From positions 64,154 to 128,153 of the forward strand of contig DATKAE010000027.1 in assembly GCA_035498405.1 (NCBI GenBank): a DNA stretch of 64,000 bases. Direction: 5' to 3'. Below are positions 53,657-62,046 of this stretch, piece after piece; the stretch's first letter is position 1, and the number at the start of each line of letters is the position of its first letter. Both the position numbers and the translations under genes were made by a program. The notes beneath the pieces were generated by a model, which was given only the letters and a program-made list of their open reading frames with translations, ran no database searches and was not told the origin of the DNA. Source of the DNA: Thermoanaerobaculia bacterium (GTDB taxonomy: Bacteria; Acidobacteriota; Thermoanaerobaculia; UBA5066; Gp7-AA6).

Positions 53657-54624
53657 TCGATCACCTTGTCCGCCTGCACGAGGAGATCCGCGGGGATGGT
53701 CAGCCCCAGCGCCTTGGCGGTCTTTCTATTGACGACAAAGGCGAACGTCGTCGGCTGCTCGACGGGGAGATCTCCGGGGTTCGCGCCACGAAGGACCTTG
53801 TCAACATAGACGGCCAGGTACCTCCACATGGCCCGCTGGCTCGCGCCGTAGCTCATCAATCCACCGACCGACGGGTAGAGGGCGTCCGTCGTGATGGACG
53901 GCAGCCTGTGCTTTGCCGAGAGGTCAGCGATCAAGCGAGCTTGCTGGTTGAGGAACGGATCCGAGATCCAGTACAGCGCCCCGACTCGGCCGGCTTCCAA
54001 TCCGGAGAATGCCCCCTCGATGTCGGCAGGCGTCCCCGCCTGGACCGATACGACCGTGATGCCCCTCGACTCCGCCGCCGTCTGGAAGTTCTTCAGATGC
54101 CCCACATGGGCCCCATTGGCAGGGTTGGACAGGACGCCGACCCGCGACAGCCGGGGCACCATCCGACTCAGCATTTCGAGGTCTTTGACGCCGACATCGC
54201 GCAAGAGGACCGAGATCCCGGTCGCGTTTCCTCCTGGGTGCGCCAGGCTCTTGACGAGGCCGTTCTCTACCGCACCGCCGACCACGAAGACGATCGGGAT
54301 CGCTTGCGTCACCTTCTCCGCCGCTCCGGCGGCCGGGGAAGCGTCGGCGACGAGGACGTCCACAGGAAGCCGCACGAGGTCTGCCGCAAGCGCAGGCAAC
54401 CGGCTGTAGTCGCCGTCGGCGACCCGATACTCCACGGCCAGATTCCTTCCCTCCACGTAGCCGCGTTCGCGCAGCCCATCGATCAGCGCCTCGAGGACTT
54501 CCGGACGGCGACTGGGCGCGAGGATTCCGACACGCCAGACCTTCGCCGCCTCTTGCGCTGGGCCACCCCGAGGCAGGGCAACGAGGCAGATCAGCGCGGC
54601 GAGAATCCGGCACCGCATCCTCAC
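53653..54624 (-). CDS. PF04392-type ABC substrate-binding protein paralog 3 (orphan)
   Basis: Same family signature. Start is GTG 54624 or ATG 54618. Confidence 0.85.
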   Translation of the reverse strand: MRMRCRILAALICLVALPRGGPAQEAAKVWRVGILAPSRRPEVLEALIDGLRERGYVEGRNLAVEYRVADGDYSRLPALAADLVRLPVDVLVADASPAAGAAEKVTQAIPIVFVVGGAVENGLVKSLAHPGGNATGISVLLRDVGVKDLEMLSRMVPRLSRVGVLSNPANGAHVGHLKNFQTAAESRGITVVSVQAGTPADIEGAFSGLEAGRVGALYWISDPFLNQQARLIADLSAKHRLPSITTDALYPSVGGLMSYGASQRAMWRYLAVYVDKVLRGANPGDLPVEQPTTFAFVVNRKTAKALGLTIPADLLVQADKVIE

Positions 54625-55619
54625 TCGATCACCCTGTCGGCCTGGAGGAGGAGCTCCGGCGGGATCTCGAGGCCTAACGCCTTGGACGTCTTTCGATTGA
54701 TGACGAGCGCGAGCGTTGTCGGTTCCTGAACCGGCAGATCGCCGGGGTTGGCACCCTTGAAGATCCTGTCGACGTATTCCGCGATGCGCCGCCAGATCGC
54801 GGGGCGGTTGGGTCCGTAGCCCATCAGACCGCCAACCTCCGGATACTCAGTGGTTCCGCTCGTCGACGGTAGTCGGTATCTCTCCGCCAGCTCCGCGATC
54901 TGGCGCTGCTGCTGGATAAAAAAGGCGTCGACCGCCCAGATCAATGCCTGTGGGTGCTCTTTCGCCGCCCGTAAGAACGCACCCTCGATCTCCTGCGGTG
55001 TGCGCGCGTCGAAGAAGAGAATCTGAACCTTGGCCGCCTCAGCCGCACGCTGAAAGTCCTTCTGCACCATGGCCATCGACGAGTTCGCGGAATTAACCAG
55101 AATAGCCAACCGGGAGAGTTTCGGGACAGCGGTCGTGAGAAGCTCGAGCTGCTTTCCGATTGTGTCCCCGAACAGGAGAGTGAACCCAGTGGTGTTGCCT
55201 CCCGGGTGGGCGAGGCTCTTCACGTAGCCCTGAGCAACGACGTCGGTTCCGCCAACGAACACGATCGGTATCTTGCTCGTCGCCTCTTGCGCCGCGCGGA
55301 TGCCGTCTGATGCTGCGGTTACGATGACGTCGACGCGGCGACCCACCAAGTCAGCGGCCATTCCCTGGAGGCGCCCATAGTCGCCCGCGGCGAAGCGCCA
55401 TTCGAAGGACACGTTCTTGCTCTCGACGTACCCGAGCTCTCGCAGGCGCCGCAGAAACTGGCCGTAAAGCGGGTGCGACTCGACGGATTCGGGACGCTGG
55501 CGGACGTCCAGGATGCCGATGTGCCACACCTTCTCTGGCTGCTGAGCGAAAGAGAAAGCCGGAAGAGCCAAAAGAACGGCGATGCTCAGAAGCAGCCAGG
55601 AAGCACGGCGAAAGCTCAT
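54621..55619 (-). CDS. PF04392-type ABC substrate-binding protein paralog 4 (orphan)
   Basis: Same family signature, ending '...LLLQADRVIE'. ATGA overlap with paralog 5. Confidence 0.85.
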   Translation of the reverse strand: MSFRRASWLLLSIAVLLALPAFSFAQQPEKVWHIGILDVRQRPESVESHPLYGQFLRRLRELGYVESKNVSFEWRFAAGDYGRLQGMAADLVGRRVDVIVTAASDGIRAAQEATSKIPIVFVGGTDVVAQGYVKSLAHPGGNTTGFTLLFGDTIGKQLELLTTAVPKLSRLAILVNSANSSMAMVQKDFQRAAEAAKVQILFFDARTPQEIEGAFLRAAKEHPQALIWAVDAFFIQQQRQIAELAERYRLPSTSGTTEYPEVGGLMGYGPNRPAIWRRIAEYVDRIFKGANPGDLPVQEPTTLALVINRKTSKALGLEIPPELLLQADRVIE

Positions 55620-56611
55620 TCGACAACCTTGTCAGCCAGCACGAGCAGCTCCGGCGGGATGGTCAGGCCGAGCGCCTTGGCCGTCCTTCGATTGAAGACG
55701 AGTTCAAGCGTGGTCGGTTGCTCGACAGGAAGGTCGGCAGGATTGGCGCCCTTCAGGATCTTGTCGACGTAGACGGTCGCCCTGCGGAAGTTCTCTGCCA
55801 GGTTCTGCCCGTAGCTCATGAGACCACCCGCGGCGGGGTAATACCGATCGCTACCCATGCTCGGCAATCGATGGCGCAATGCCAGATCGGCGAAGAGTCG
55901 GCGCTCCTGATAGAAGACGCGGTCGCGGGTCAGGATGAAAGCCGAAGCGCCTCGCGTCGTCATGGCCGAAAGCGCATTCTCGATGTCCCCCTCGCTCCGG
56001 ACCTCCGCTGGAACAAGAGGAATGTTGCGGGTGGATGCGGCGGCCTGGAACGCCTTCAAAGACACGGCCGCGAGCGGGTTGGCCGGATTCAACAGGAGGC
56101 CGATGCGCGCCGGAGTGGTCGCGAGACTGAGAAGGATCTCCAACTGTTTCGCCGCCGTATCAGTCGTGATGAGCGAGATCCCAGTCGCGTTGCCCCCAGG
56201 ATGTGTCAGGGTCTTGACGAGGCCGTTTCCGACGGGATCGCCAGCGCTGGCGAAGACGATCGGAACCGACGTTGTCGCCTTCAGTGCCGCCAGGGTGGGG
56301 GGTGTGCCGTCGGTCACGATCACCGCGACGCCGAGTCCCACGAGCTCATTGGCCAGCTCCGGGAAGCGTTCGTAGCGCCCGTCGGCGAAGCGCCACTCGA
56401 TGACCAGGTTCTTGCCTTCGACGTAACCGAGCTCGCGAAGGCCGAGAACGATCTGGCCGTAGTGCTCGTCTTGTTGCACGTTGTAAGGCCGGCGAACAGA
56501 CGCGAGGACACCCACTCGCCAAACCTTGGTTCCGCCGGCGGCGTAGGAGCCAGACCGCGTGGCGAGAAACGCGACACCGAACGAGCCCAGCAACTCACGG
56601 CGTGTGATCAT
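55616..56611 (-). CDS. PF04392-type ABC substrate-binding protein paralog 5 (orphan, Tat-like leader)
   Basis: ATG 56611 gives 'MITRRELLGSFGVAFLA'. The alternative TTG 56668 would overlap paralog 6 by 8 nt. Confidence 0.8.
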   Translation of the reverse strand: MITRRELLGSFGVAFLATRSGSYAAGGTKVWRVGVLASVRRPYNVQQDEHYGQIVLGLRELGYVEGKNLVIEWRFADGRYERFPELANELVGLGVAVIVTDGTPPTLAALKATTSVPIVFASAGDPVGNGLVKTLTHPGGNATGISLITTDTAAKQLEILLSLATTPARIGLLLNPANPLAAVSLKAFQAAASTRNIPLVPAEVRSEGDIENALSAMTTRGASAFILTRDRVFYQERRLFADLALRHRLPSMGSDRYYPAAGGLMSYGQNLAENFRRATVYVDKILKGANPADLPVEQPTTLELVFNRRTAKALGLTIPPELLVLADKVVE

Positions 56612-56660
56612 CCGATTGCTCTGGCCCGGTGCATGTTCTTCACGCCTGCGCCTTCGCTCC

Positions 56661-57677
56661 CTAGTCAATGATCTGGTCTGCTTGCAGCAACGTCACCGGC
56701 GGAATTTGGATGCCGAGAGCCTTGGCCGTCTTTCGGTTGATGACGAGTTCGAATGCCATCGGCTGTTCGACGGGCAGATCGGCAGGACTCGTACCCTTCA
56801 GAATCCGGTCGACGTAGAAAGCGGCTCGCCGCCACTGCTCCGATAGCTTCGCGCCATAGGACATCAAGGCGCCATCCTGGACGAACTCCCTAAGAGCCGC
56901 CACCATCGGTAGTCGGCGACCGATCGCAAATTCGGCGATCTCTCGAGCGTGCGCCTGAAGGAAGGCGTCCCAGACACAGATCAGTGCGTCGGGAGACCCA
57001 CTCGCGATTTGCGTAAAGGCATTCTCGAGCCCAGCCGGGTCGCTTGCTGCAACGGCCTGGACGGCGAGACCAGCCTTGGGAGCAGCGATGTTGATCTCCT
57101 GCTCGGCGAGGATGTTGTTTGGGTTCGTTCGGTTGAGGAGCAAGGTCGCTCGCGAAAGCCTGGGAAGAACTTCCTTGAAGAGCTGCAGACGCTTCCCCCA
57201 GAGCTCGGCGCCCAACGCGGCCACGCCCGTGACGTTTCCGCCCGGCCGGGCGAGGCTCTGAACGAGCCCGGTGCGGGTGGGATCGCTACCGATTCCGACC
57301 ATGACGATTGGAACCGTTCGCGTGACGTCCTTCGCAGCAAGGACGGAGGGGGTGCCGCTCGCAACGATGACGTCCACTTTCGATCCAATGAGCTTGGCGG
57401 CGCGGGCCGGAAGCGCTTCGACCGTTGCTTCCGAGTAGCGATACTCGAAGACGACGTTGCCTCCCTCGATCCAACCGAATTTGCGAAGCTCGGCGCGGAA
57501 AGCCCCGATCAGGGCAGGGTCGACAGCGTACCCGAGGACTCCAATGCGGCGGACCTGAGCCCGCTCAGTTGACGCGCTTTGCGCGACCGCACTGAAGGGG
57601 AACGTCGAGAACAGCAGGAGGAGAAGCGCGAACGAAAGAAACCGCGTAGTGACGTTTCCTCCGCCGGAAACAGTCAT
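56661..57677 (-). CDS. PF04392-type ABC substrate-binding protein paralog 6 (orphan, most divergent)
   Basis: ATG 57677 gives 'MTVSGGGNVTTRFLSFALLLLL...'. Ends '...TLLQADQIID'. The ORF-track start at 57878 was rejected. Confidence 0.8.
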   Translation of the reverse strand: MTVSGGGNVTTRFLSFALLLLLFSTFPFSAVAQSASTERAQVRRIGVLGYAVDPALIGAFRAELRKFGWIEGGNVVFEYRYSEATVEALPARAAKLIGSKVDVIVASGTPSVLAAKDVTRTVPIVMVGIGSDPTRTGLVQSLARPGGNVTGVAALGAELWGKRLQLFKEVLPRLSRATLLLNRTNPNNILAEQEINIAAPKAGLAVQAVAASDPAGLENAFTQIASGSPDALICVWDAFLQAHAREIAEFAIGRRLPMVAALREFVQDGALMSYGAKLSEQWRRAAFYVDRILKGTSPADLPVEQPMAFELVINRKTAKALGIQIPPVTLLQADQIID

Positions 57678-57862
57678 GGCTTCTTGCCGGCCTTTGCCAG
57701 GAGAGCCTCGAAGCAAGGATGGGGCTTGAGCGGCTCCCAGCGTGGTGGGTCGAGACGCAGCGCGTGCGTTGCAGGCCCGAGGGCTCGGGCACCGCCAAGC
57801 TTCTCCTCTTCGTCGGCCATGGGGGATCTGGTTGAAAAAAAGTCTATCCCAAAGGGTCGCAC

Positions 57863-57892
57863 ACCCTCTCAAGCGCAAATGAGAGGGTTTTT
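57863..57892 (+). terminator. Orphan terminator-like hairpin ACCCTCTCA-agcgcaaa-TGAGAGGGT followed by T5
   Basis: 9-bp stem plus a T-run on the plus strand, inside the divergent intergenic region. No plus-strand gene lies upstream. Confidence 0.3.
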
Positions 57893-58044
57893 CGCTCTCT
57901 TGCGCCTTTAAGGTCTAGAGGGAGCCGCTCAACCTCTTGTTAATGCCGGGAGGTTGTGAAGGCTCAGATGGAAGCGCTGCCGGAGTAATACCATTGCGGC
58001 ACGTTCGCCCCCTCCGCGCATCGCAATGACACAGGGAGGAAGGA

Positions 58045-59460
58045 ATGCTTGGTCGGTCTCGGCTCCGGCTGGCGATCGCCATATCCCTTCTCTTGGTGCT
58101 GTCCCGCAGTACGTTCGCTCAGGCGCCTCCCGAGACGACGCCAACACCGACGGACCCCCAATTGGAGGAACTGAAGCGGGAGATCCAGAGCCAGCGCGCC
58201 GCGATCGAGAAGCTCGAAGCAGAGGCCAAAAGGAACGAGGAGACGCTCCGCCAGATGCAGGAGAAAGCAGACGCACAAGCGAAGGAGGCGAAAAGCGCCG
58301 CCAAAGCGGCCAAGCCACAGCCGCTCACGGTTTTTGGCTTCAATCCGCCTCCTGCTCAGGAGGGCGCGCCCTCCGCCATCCTCCGCATCAGCGATTCCGT
58401 CGCCTTCCGCTTCGGCGCCGAGGTGCAACTGAATTACGAAGCCCTACAGGACGTCAATAGCGGGGGGTATTCGCAGAACTTCTACATAAGACGCGGGCGG
58501 TTCTTGATGCTCGGCGCGCTCCCCCATGGGGTGACGCTCTTTCTTCAGACGGACGGCGGCGCAATGCTCGGATACGCGGGTCAAAACGGGGTCAAAAACG
58601 TCAACTCCGGATTCCGGTTCATTGACGCGCTCGCACACTGGGCCTTCGCCGGCAAGACCATGGCGCTGGAGGCCGGCCTCTTCCTCGTTCCGAGCGTCCG
58701 TCAGCGCCTCACGAAGAACTGGGAATTCATGTCTCTAGATCTCGCAACATGGGTGTTTCAAGAACAGACGCCTCTGACGGAGAACGCCAACCGTGATTAC
58801 GGAGTCGGTCTCGACGGAGTGATCCTCAACGACCGATTGAGCTACAGATTCGACGTTCTCGACGGCCACCGCTACCCAGCCGGCGCGCCCGAGCCTCCCC
58901 ATGGGGCCCCGGCCGGATCCCGTAACTCCCCGCGCATCGCCGGACGACTCATGTACGACTTCTTCGAACCCGAGTATGCGTACGCCTACAACGGTACGTT
59001 TCTCCGACCGAACAAAGTTGCATCGCTTGCCTTCGTCGGTGACGGACAGGGCTACTACAAGGCTTTCGGTGGCGACGCCTTTTTCCAGTGGCCGGTCGGT
59101 TCGGGCTCAGTCACCTTTGAGGCGGACTACCTGCACTATGACGCGCACCACTTCGTTTACAACATCGGCGGCACGCCGACGCCCCTGCCCGAGCAGCAGA
59201 CGTTCTTCACGAATGCCGGTTATTGCTTTCTCGGATACAAGCTGCAGCCCTGGGTCCGGTTCGAGACACTCACGTATGCAGAGCCGGTGAACCTCGCCAA
59301 GGAGCAGTCGCGAGTTGGCGGCGGCGTGAACTACTACGTCCTCGGCTTCAACTTCAAGCTCACTGCCGCGTACGAGCGGATCCTGAACAAAGTGCAGCCG
59401 CCGACCGCGGCGATCAAGAACCAGAATCGATTCGTTTTCCAGGTCCAGGGTTGGTACTGA
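58045..59460 (+). CDS. Outer-membrane porin (phosphate-selective porin O/P-like) with N-terminal coiled coil
   Basis: GGGAGGAAGG RBS. Signal peptide. Charged heptad segment 'LEELKREIQSQRAAIEKLEAEAKRNEE'. Beta-rich body contains 'YIRRGRF' and ends in 'VQGWY'. Confidence 0.7.
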   Translation: MLGRSRLRLAIAISLLLVLSRSTFAQAPPETTPTPTDPQLEELKREIQSQRAAIEKLEAEAKRNEETLRQMQEKADAQAKEAKSAAKAAKPQPLTVFGFNPPPAQEGAPSAILRISDSVAFRFGAEVQLNYEALQDVNSGGYSQNFYIRRGRFLMLGALPHGVTLFLQTDGGAMLGYAGQNGVKNVNSGFRFIDALAHWAFAGKTMALEAGLFLVPSVRQRLTKNWEFMSLDLATWVFQEQTPLTENANRDYGVGLDGVILNDRLSYRFDVLDGHRYPAGAPEPPHGAPAGSRNSPRIAGRLMYDFFEPEYAYAYNGTFLRPNKVASLAFVGDGQGYYKAFGGDAFFQWPVGSGSVTFEADYLHYDAHHFVYNIGGTPTPLPEQQTFFTNAGYCFLGYKLQPWVRFETLTYAEPVNLAKEQSRVGGGVNYYVLGFNFKLTAAYERILNKVQPPTAAIKNQNRFVFQVQGWY

Positions 59461-59684
59461 TATTGCCCGACGTCTGACTCGGTGACGTGGGTTCTCTTAT
59501 AGCCTCTGGTGAGAACCGATTAGCAGACGATGCTGCCCGAGCGGCCAGGGCCATTCGGATTCTCCGTGTTTTCTCCGTATCTTCACGACAACCGCCGGAA
59601 GTTCACGACAGACGCACGGAGCCAACTCGTTGATTTGTCTACTCTGAGCTGTCGTCGGATGTCGTCGGCTCCTCCCCGTTCTCC

Positions 59685-59802
59685 CCTCCGGAGCTAAAGG
59701 TCCCGCGTTCGAATCGCGGCGGGCGCACCAATTCTTCCAATGAGTTAGCAGAACCCTCCCCCTCCCCAGACCCCTGAGTGTCCGTGTTTGGTCCGTGTTT
59801 GC
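59685..59802 (+). repeat. Direct repeat copy 2 (orphan 3' 46 nt of tRNA-Arg(CCG) plus ~72 nt)
   Basis: 59685-59730 is identical to the anticodon-loop-to-CCA part of the tRNA at 46298-46375, and no 5' half is present. The downstream arm is homologous to 46376-46447. Confidence 0.75.
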
Positions 59803-59830
59803 GGATTGGGAGCACGTTGGAGCGCTTCCC

Positions 59831-59989
59831 AGCGAGGCTAGTGAACCAGTGCTCGTCGAGTCACTCGTCCCGGAACTTTCCGTTGAAGCCCTCGCCGAAG
59901 GCGTTCCGCGTCGGCTTGCCGGGCTCGATGAAATGAAGCTGGACGCTCTTCCAAGCCACCAAGTCCGCTTCGTACCGATTCCGAGCATC
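59831..59989 (-). mobile_element. IS3-family transposase (OrfB integrase core C-terminus) remnant
   Basis: Minus-strand translation gives 'DARNRYEADLVAWKSVQLHFIEPGKPTRNAFGEGFNGKFRDE*LDEHWFTSLA', with an internal stop. It is truncated at both ends. Confidence 0.6.
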
Positions 59990-60222
59990 TCAACGCTGTC
60001 GAGGGCCTCATGTACCCCATCCAGGGCAAGCGCTCGACCGATACCCTGAACGAGACGACGCGCAAGGAGCCGACGGCCGACCTTTCCGAGAACTGGAGCC
60101 TGGAAGCCACTCGCCGCGGGGGGCGACCCGCTTCCGGGCGCCCGGCCCGGAAAAACCGGCGCTCGTCCCCGACTACATTGAAAGTATTGACAATTTTTCA
60201 TCGACGTAAGACTGTCCGCTCC

Positions 60223-60798
60223 GTGAGGCGGACGTACGCGATTCGAAGGGCGGATCAGATCGCGGCGCTCGGGTCGGCGGCGCGCATCGAGATCCTCGAC
60301 ATCCTCGCGGGACTCGGGACGTCGTCGGTCGCGAACCTTGCGGCGGCGCTCGGGCGACCGGCCGACGCGCTCTATTACCACCTGCGGCTTCTCGTGCGTC
60401 TCGGCCTCGTCGTGCCGGTCGGAAGGGGCCGCGGCCGCGGGCGGGAAGAGGCGCTCTACCGGGCCGTCGCGCCGCGGCTCGCCGTGGTGTACGCGCCGGA
60501 GGATCCGGAGAACGTCCGTGCGATGACTCGGACGGCCGCGGCCCTCCTGCGTCTCGGCGCGCGCGACTTCCGTCTCGCCTTTCAGCCGGGAGTCACGGTC
60601 TCGGGCCCGCGTCGCGAGCTTTGGGTTGGCCGCATCGCGGCGCGCCTGGCGCCCGCCGATATCGCCCGCATCAACCGCCTGTTGCTCGAGAGCGTACGGA
60701 TTCTCGAGTCGGCGCGCGCGTCGCGCCGCGGGCGGCTCTACGCCTGGACGTTTCTGCTGACGCCGATCGATCGACGCCGAAAAGGGAGGACGAAATGA
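60223..60798 (+). CDS. ArsR-like winged-helix transcriptional regulator
   Basis: 'AALGSAARIEILDILAGLGTSSVANLAAALGRPADALYYHLRLLVRLGLV'. GTG 60223 is a tentative start. An AT-rich TTGACA-containing dyad lies at 60183-60205 upstream. Confidence 0.6.
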   Translation: MRRTYAIRRADQIAALGSAARIEILDILAGLGTSSVANLAAALGRPADALYYHLRLLVRLGLVVPVGRGRGRGREEALYRAVAPRLAVVYAPEDPENVRAMTRTAAALLRLGARDFRLAFQPGVTVSGPRRELWVGRIAARLAPADIARINRLLLESVRILESARASRRGRLYAWTFLLTPIDRRRKGRTK

Positions 60799-61904
60799 GA
60801 TTCGAATCGGGGGTCCGCGCCGCCGCATGTGCCGCGGGACTGCTGCTGGGCGGCGCGGCCGGGCTTCCGGCGGAAGCGGCGCCGGTCGAGCCGCCGCCGA
60901 AAACGTACGACACGGTCCATCTCGGCGAGGGGGTGGACGCCTTCATTTCGACGAAGAGCGGCTTCGCCAATGGCAACACGCTCCTGGTCGTCGGCGACGA
61001 CGCCGCCCTCGTCGTGGACTCGGGGATCTCCCCGTCCATCGCCCGCCAGATCATCGCCGACATCCGCCGCAAGACCGACAAGCCCGTGCGCTATCTCGTC
61101 AACACGCACTGGCACGAGGATCACTGGGTCGCCGACGGCGAGTACCGTAAGGCGTTCCCCGGCATCGTGATCGTCTCGACGGAGTTCACGCGCGAGCGGG
61201 TCGTGAAGGAGATTCCGGAAGCGATCCAGAAGATGATCGCCAATGCCCAAGCGGAGTCGAAGAATTACGAAGAGGCGCTCGCGCGCGGCACGAGGAAGGA
61301 TGGGACGCCGCTCGACGACGCCGCGCGAAAGAAGTACCAGGATGTCATCGACGACATGGCGTTCTCGCAGGCGGATTTCCGCCAGGCCGGCGTTCTCGTA
61401 TCGCCCGATCTGACGTTCGAACAGGGCATCCGCTTGTATCTCGGAAAGCGCGAGGTTCGCGTGTCATTCCTCGGCCTTGGAAACACGGCCGGCGACGCCG
61501 TCACGTACGTGCCGGACGCGAAAGTCGTCGCGGCGGGCGATCTCGTCGTCCTCCCGACGCCCTTCTCTCTGGGGTCGTATCCGAAGGAGTGGATCGAGAC
61601 GCTCCGGAAGCTTTCCGCCCTCGACACGGTCGCGCTCGTTCCCGGGCATGGGCCGGTCCAGAGAGATCAGACGTACGTGAACATGCTCATCCGTCTTCTC
61701 CAATCGGTGGTCACGCAGGTGGCCGAAGCCGTCCGCTCCGGCGCGACGCTCGAAGAGACGCGCACCCGCGTCCATCTCGACGACCTCGAGAAGGAATTGA
61801 CGAAGGGCGACGCCAGGCTGGATCCCATGTTCCAGGCCTACTTCGTCGTTCCGGCGGTCGAGCGGGCGTACCAGGAGGCGAAGGGCGCCTACGGGCCGGA
61901 GTGA
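60795..61904 (+). CDS. Secreted MBL-fold metallo-hydrolase
   Basis: ATG 60795 (ATGA overlap, GGGAGGA RBS). Signal peptide. 'NTHWHEDHW' supplies the HxHxDH motif. 'VPGHG' is also present. Confidence 0.85.
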   Translation: MRFESGVRAAACAAGLLLGGAAGLPAEAAPVEPPPKTYDTVHLGEGVDAFISTKSGFANGNTLLVVGDDAALVVDSGISPSIARQIIADIRRKTDKPVRYLVNTHWHEDHWVADGEYRKAFPGIVIVSTEFTRERVVKEIPEAIQKMIANAQAESKNYEEALARGTRKDGTPLDDAARKKYQDVIDDMAFSQADFRQAGVLVSPDLTFEQGIRLYLGKREVRVSFLGLGNTAGDAVTYVPDAKVVAAGDLVVLPTPFSLGSYPKEWIETLRKLSALDTVALVPGHGPVQRDQTYVNMLIRLLQSVVTQVAEAVRSGATLEETRTRVHLDDLEKELTKGDARLDPMFQAYFVVPAVERAYQEAKGAYGPE

Positions 61905-62046
61905 CCGTGTTGGGGTCAGTCCGACGAGGACTGACGAGGACTGGGGTCAGTCCTGACTAATTGAGTTGTCGGCTTCGAAGCTGGCTGCGTCTGCGGTGAG
62001 AAGCTCACCCCGGTTCTTCGCGAGGCAGCTCGGACCCGGAACCAAG

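Noticed and set aside
57678-58044. ECF-type autoregulatory promoter (GGAAC...CGT) for the SBP-kinase-sigma operon.
   Set aside because: Only weak partial matches (GCGAAC ... CTCC) were found, and the target motif of this sigma group is unknown to me. There is not enough support to call it.
46376-59684. Integrase, excisionase or other mobility genes inside the repeat-bounded segment.
   Set aside because: None was found in any frame. Every sizeable ORF is accounted for by signalling, SBP or porin genes, so the island interpretation stays tentative.
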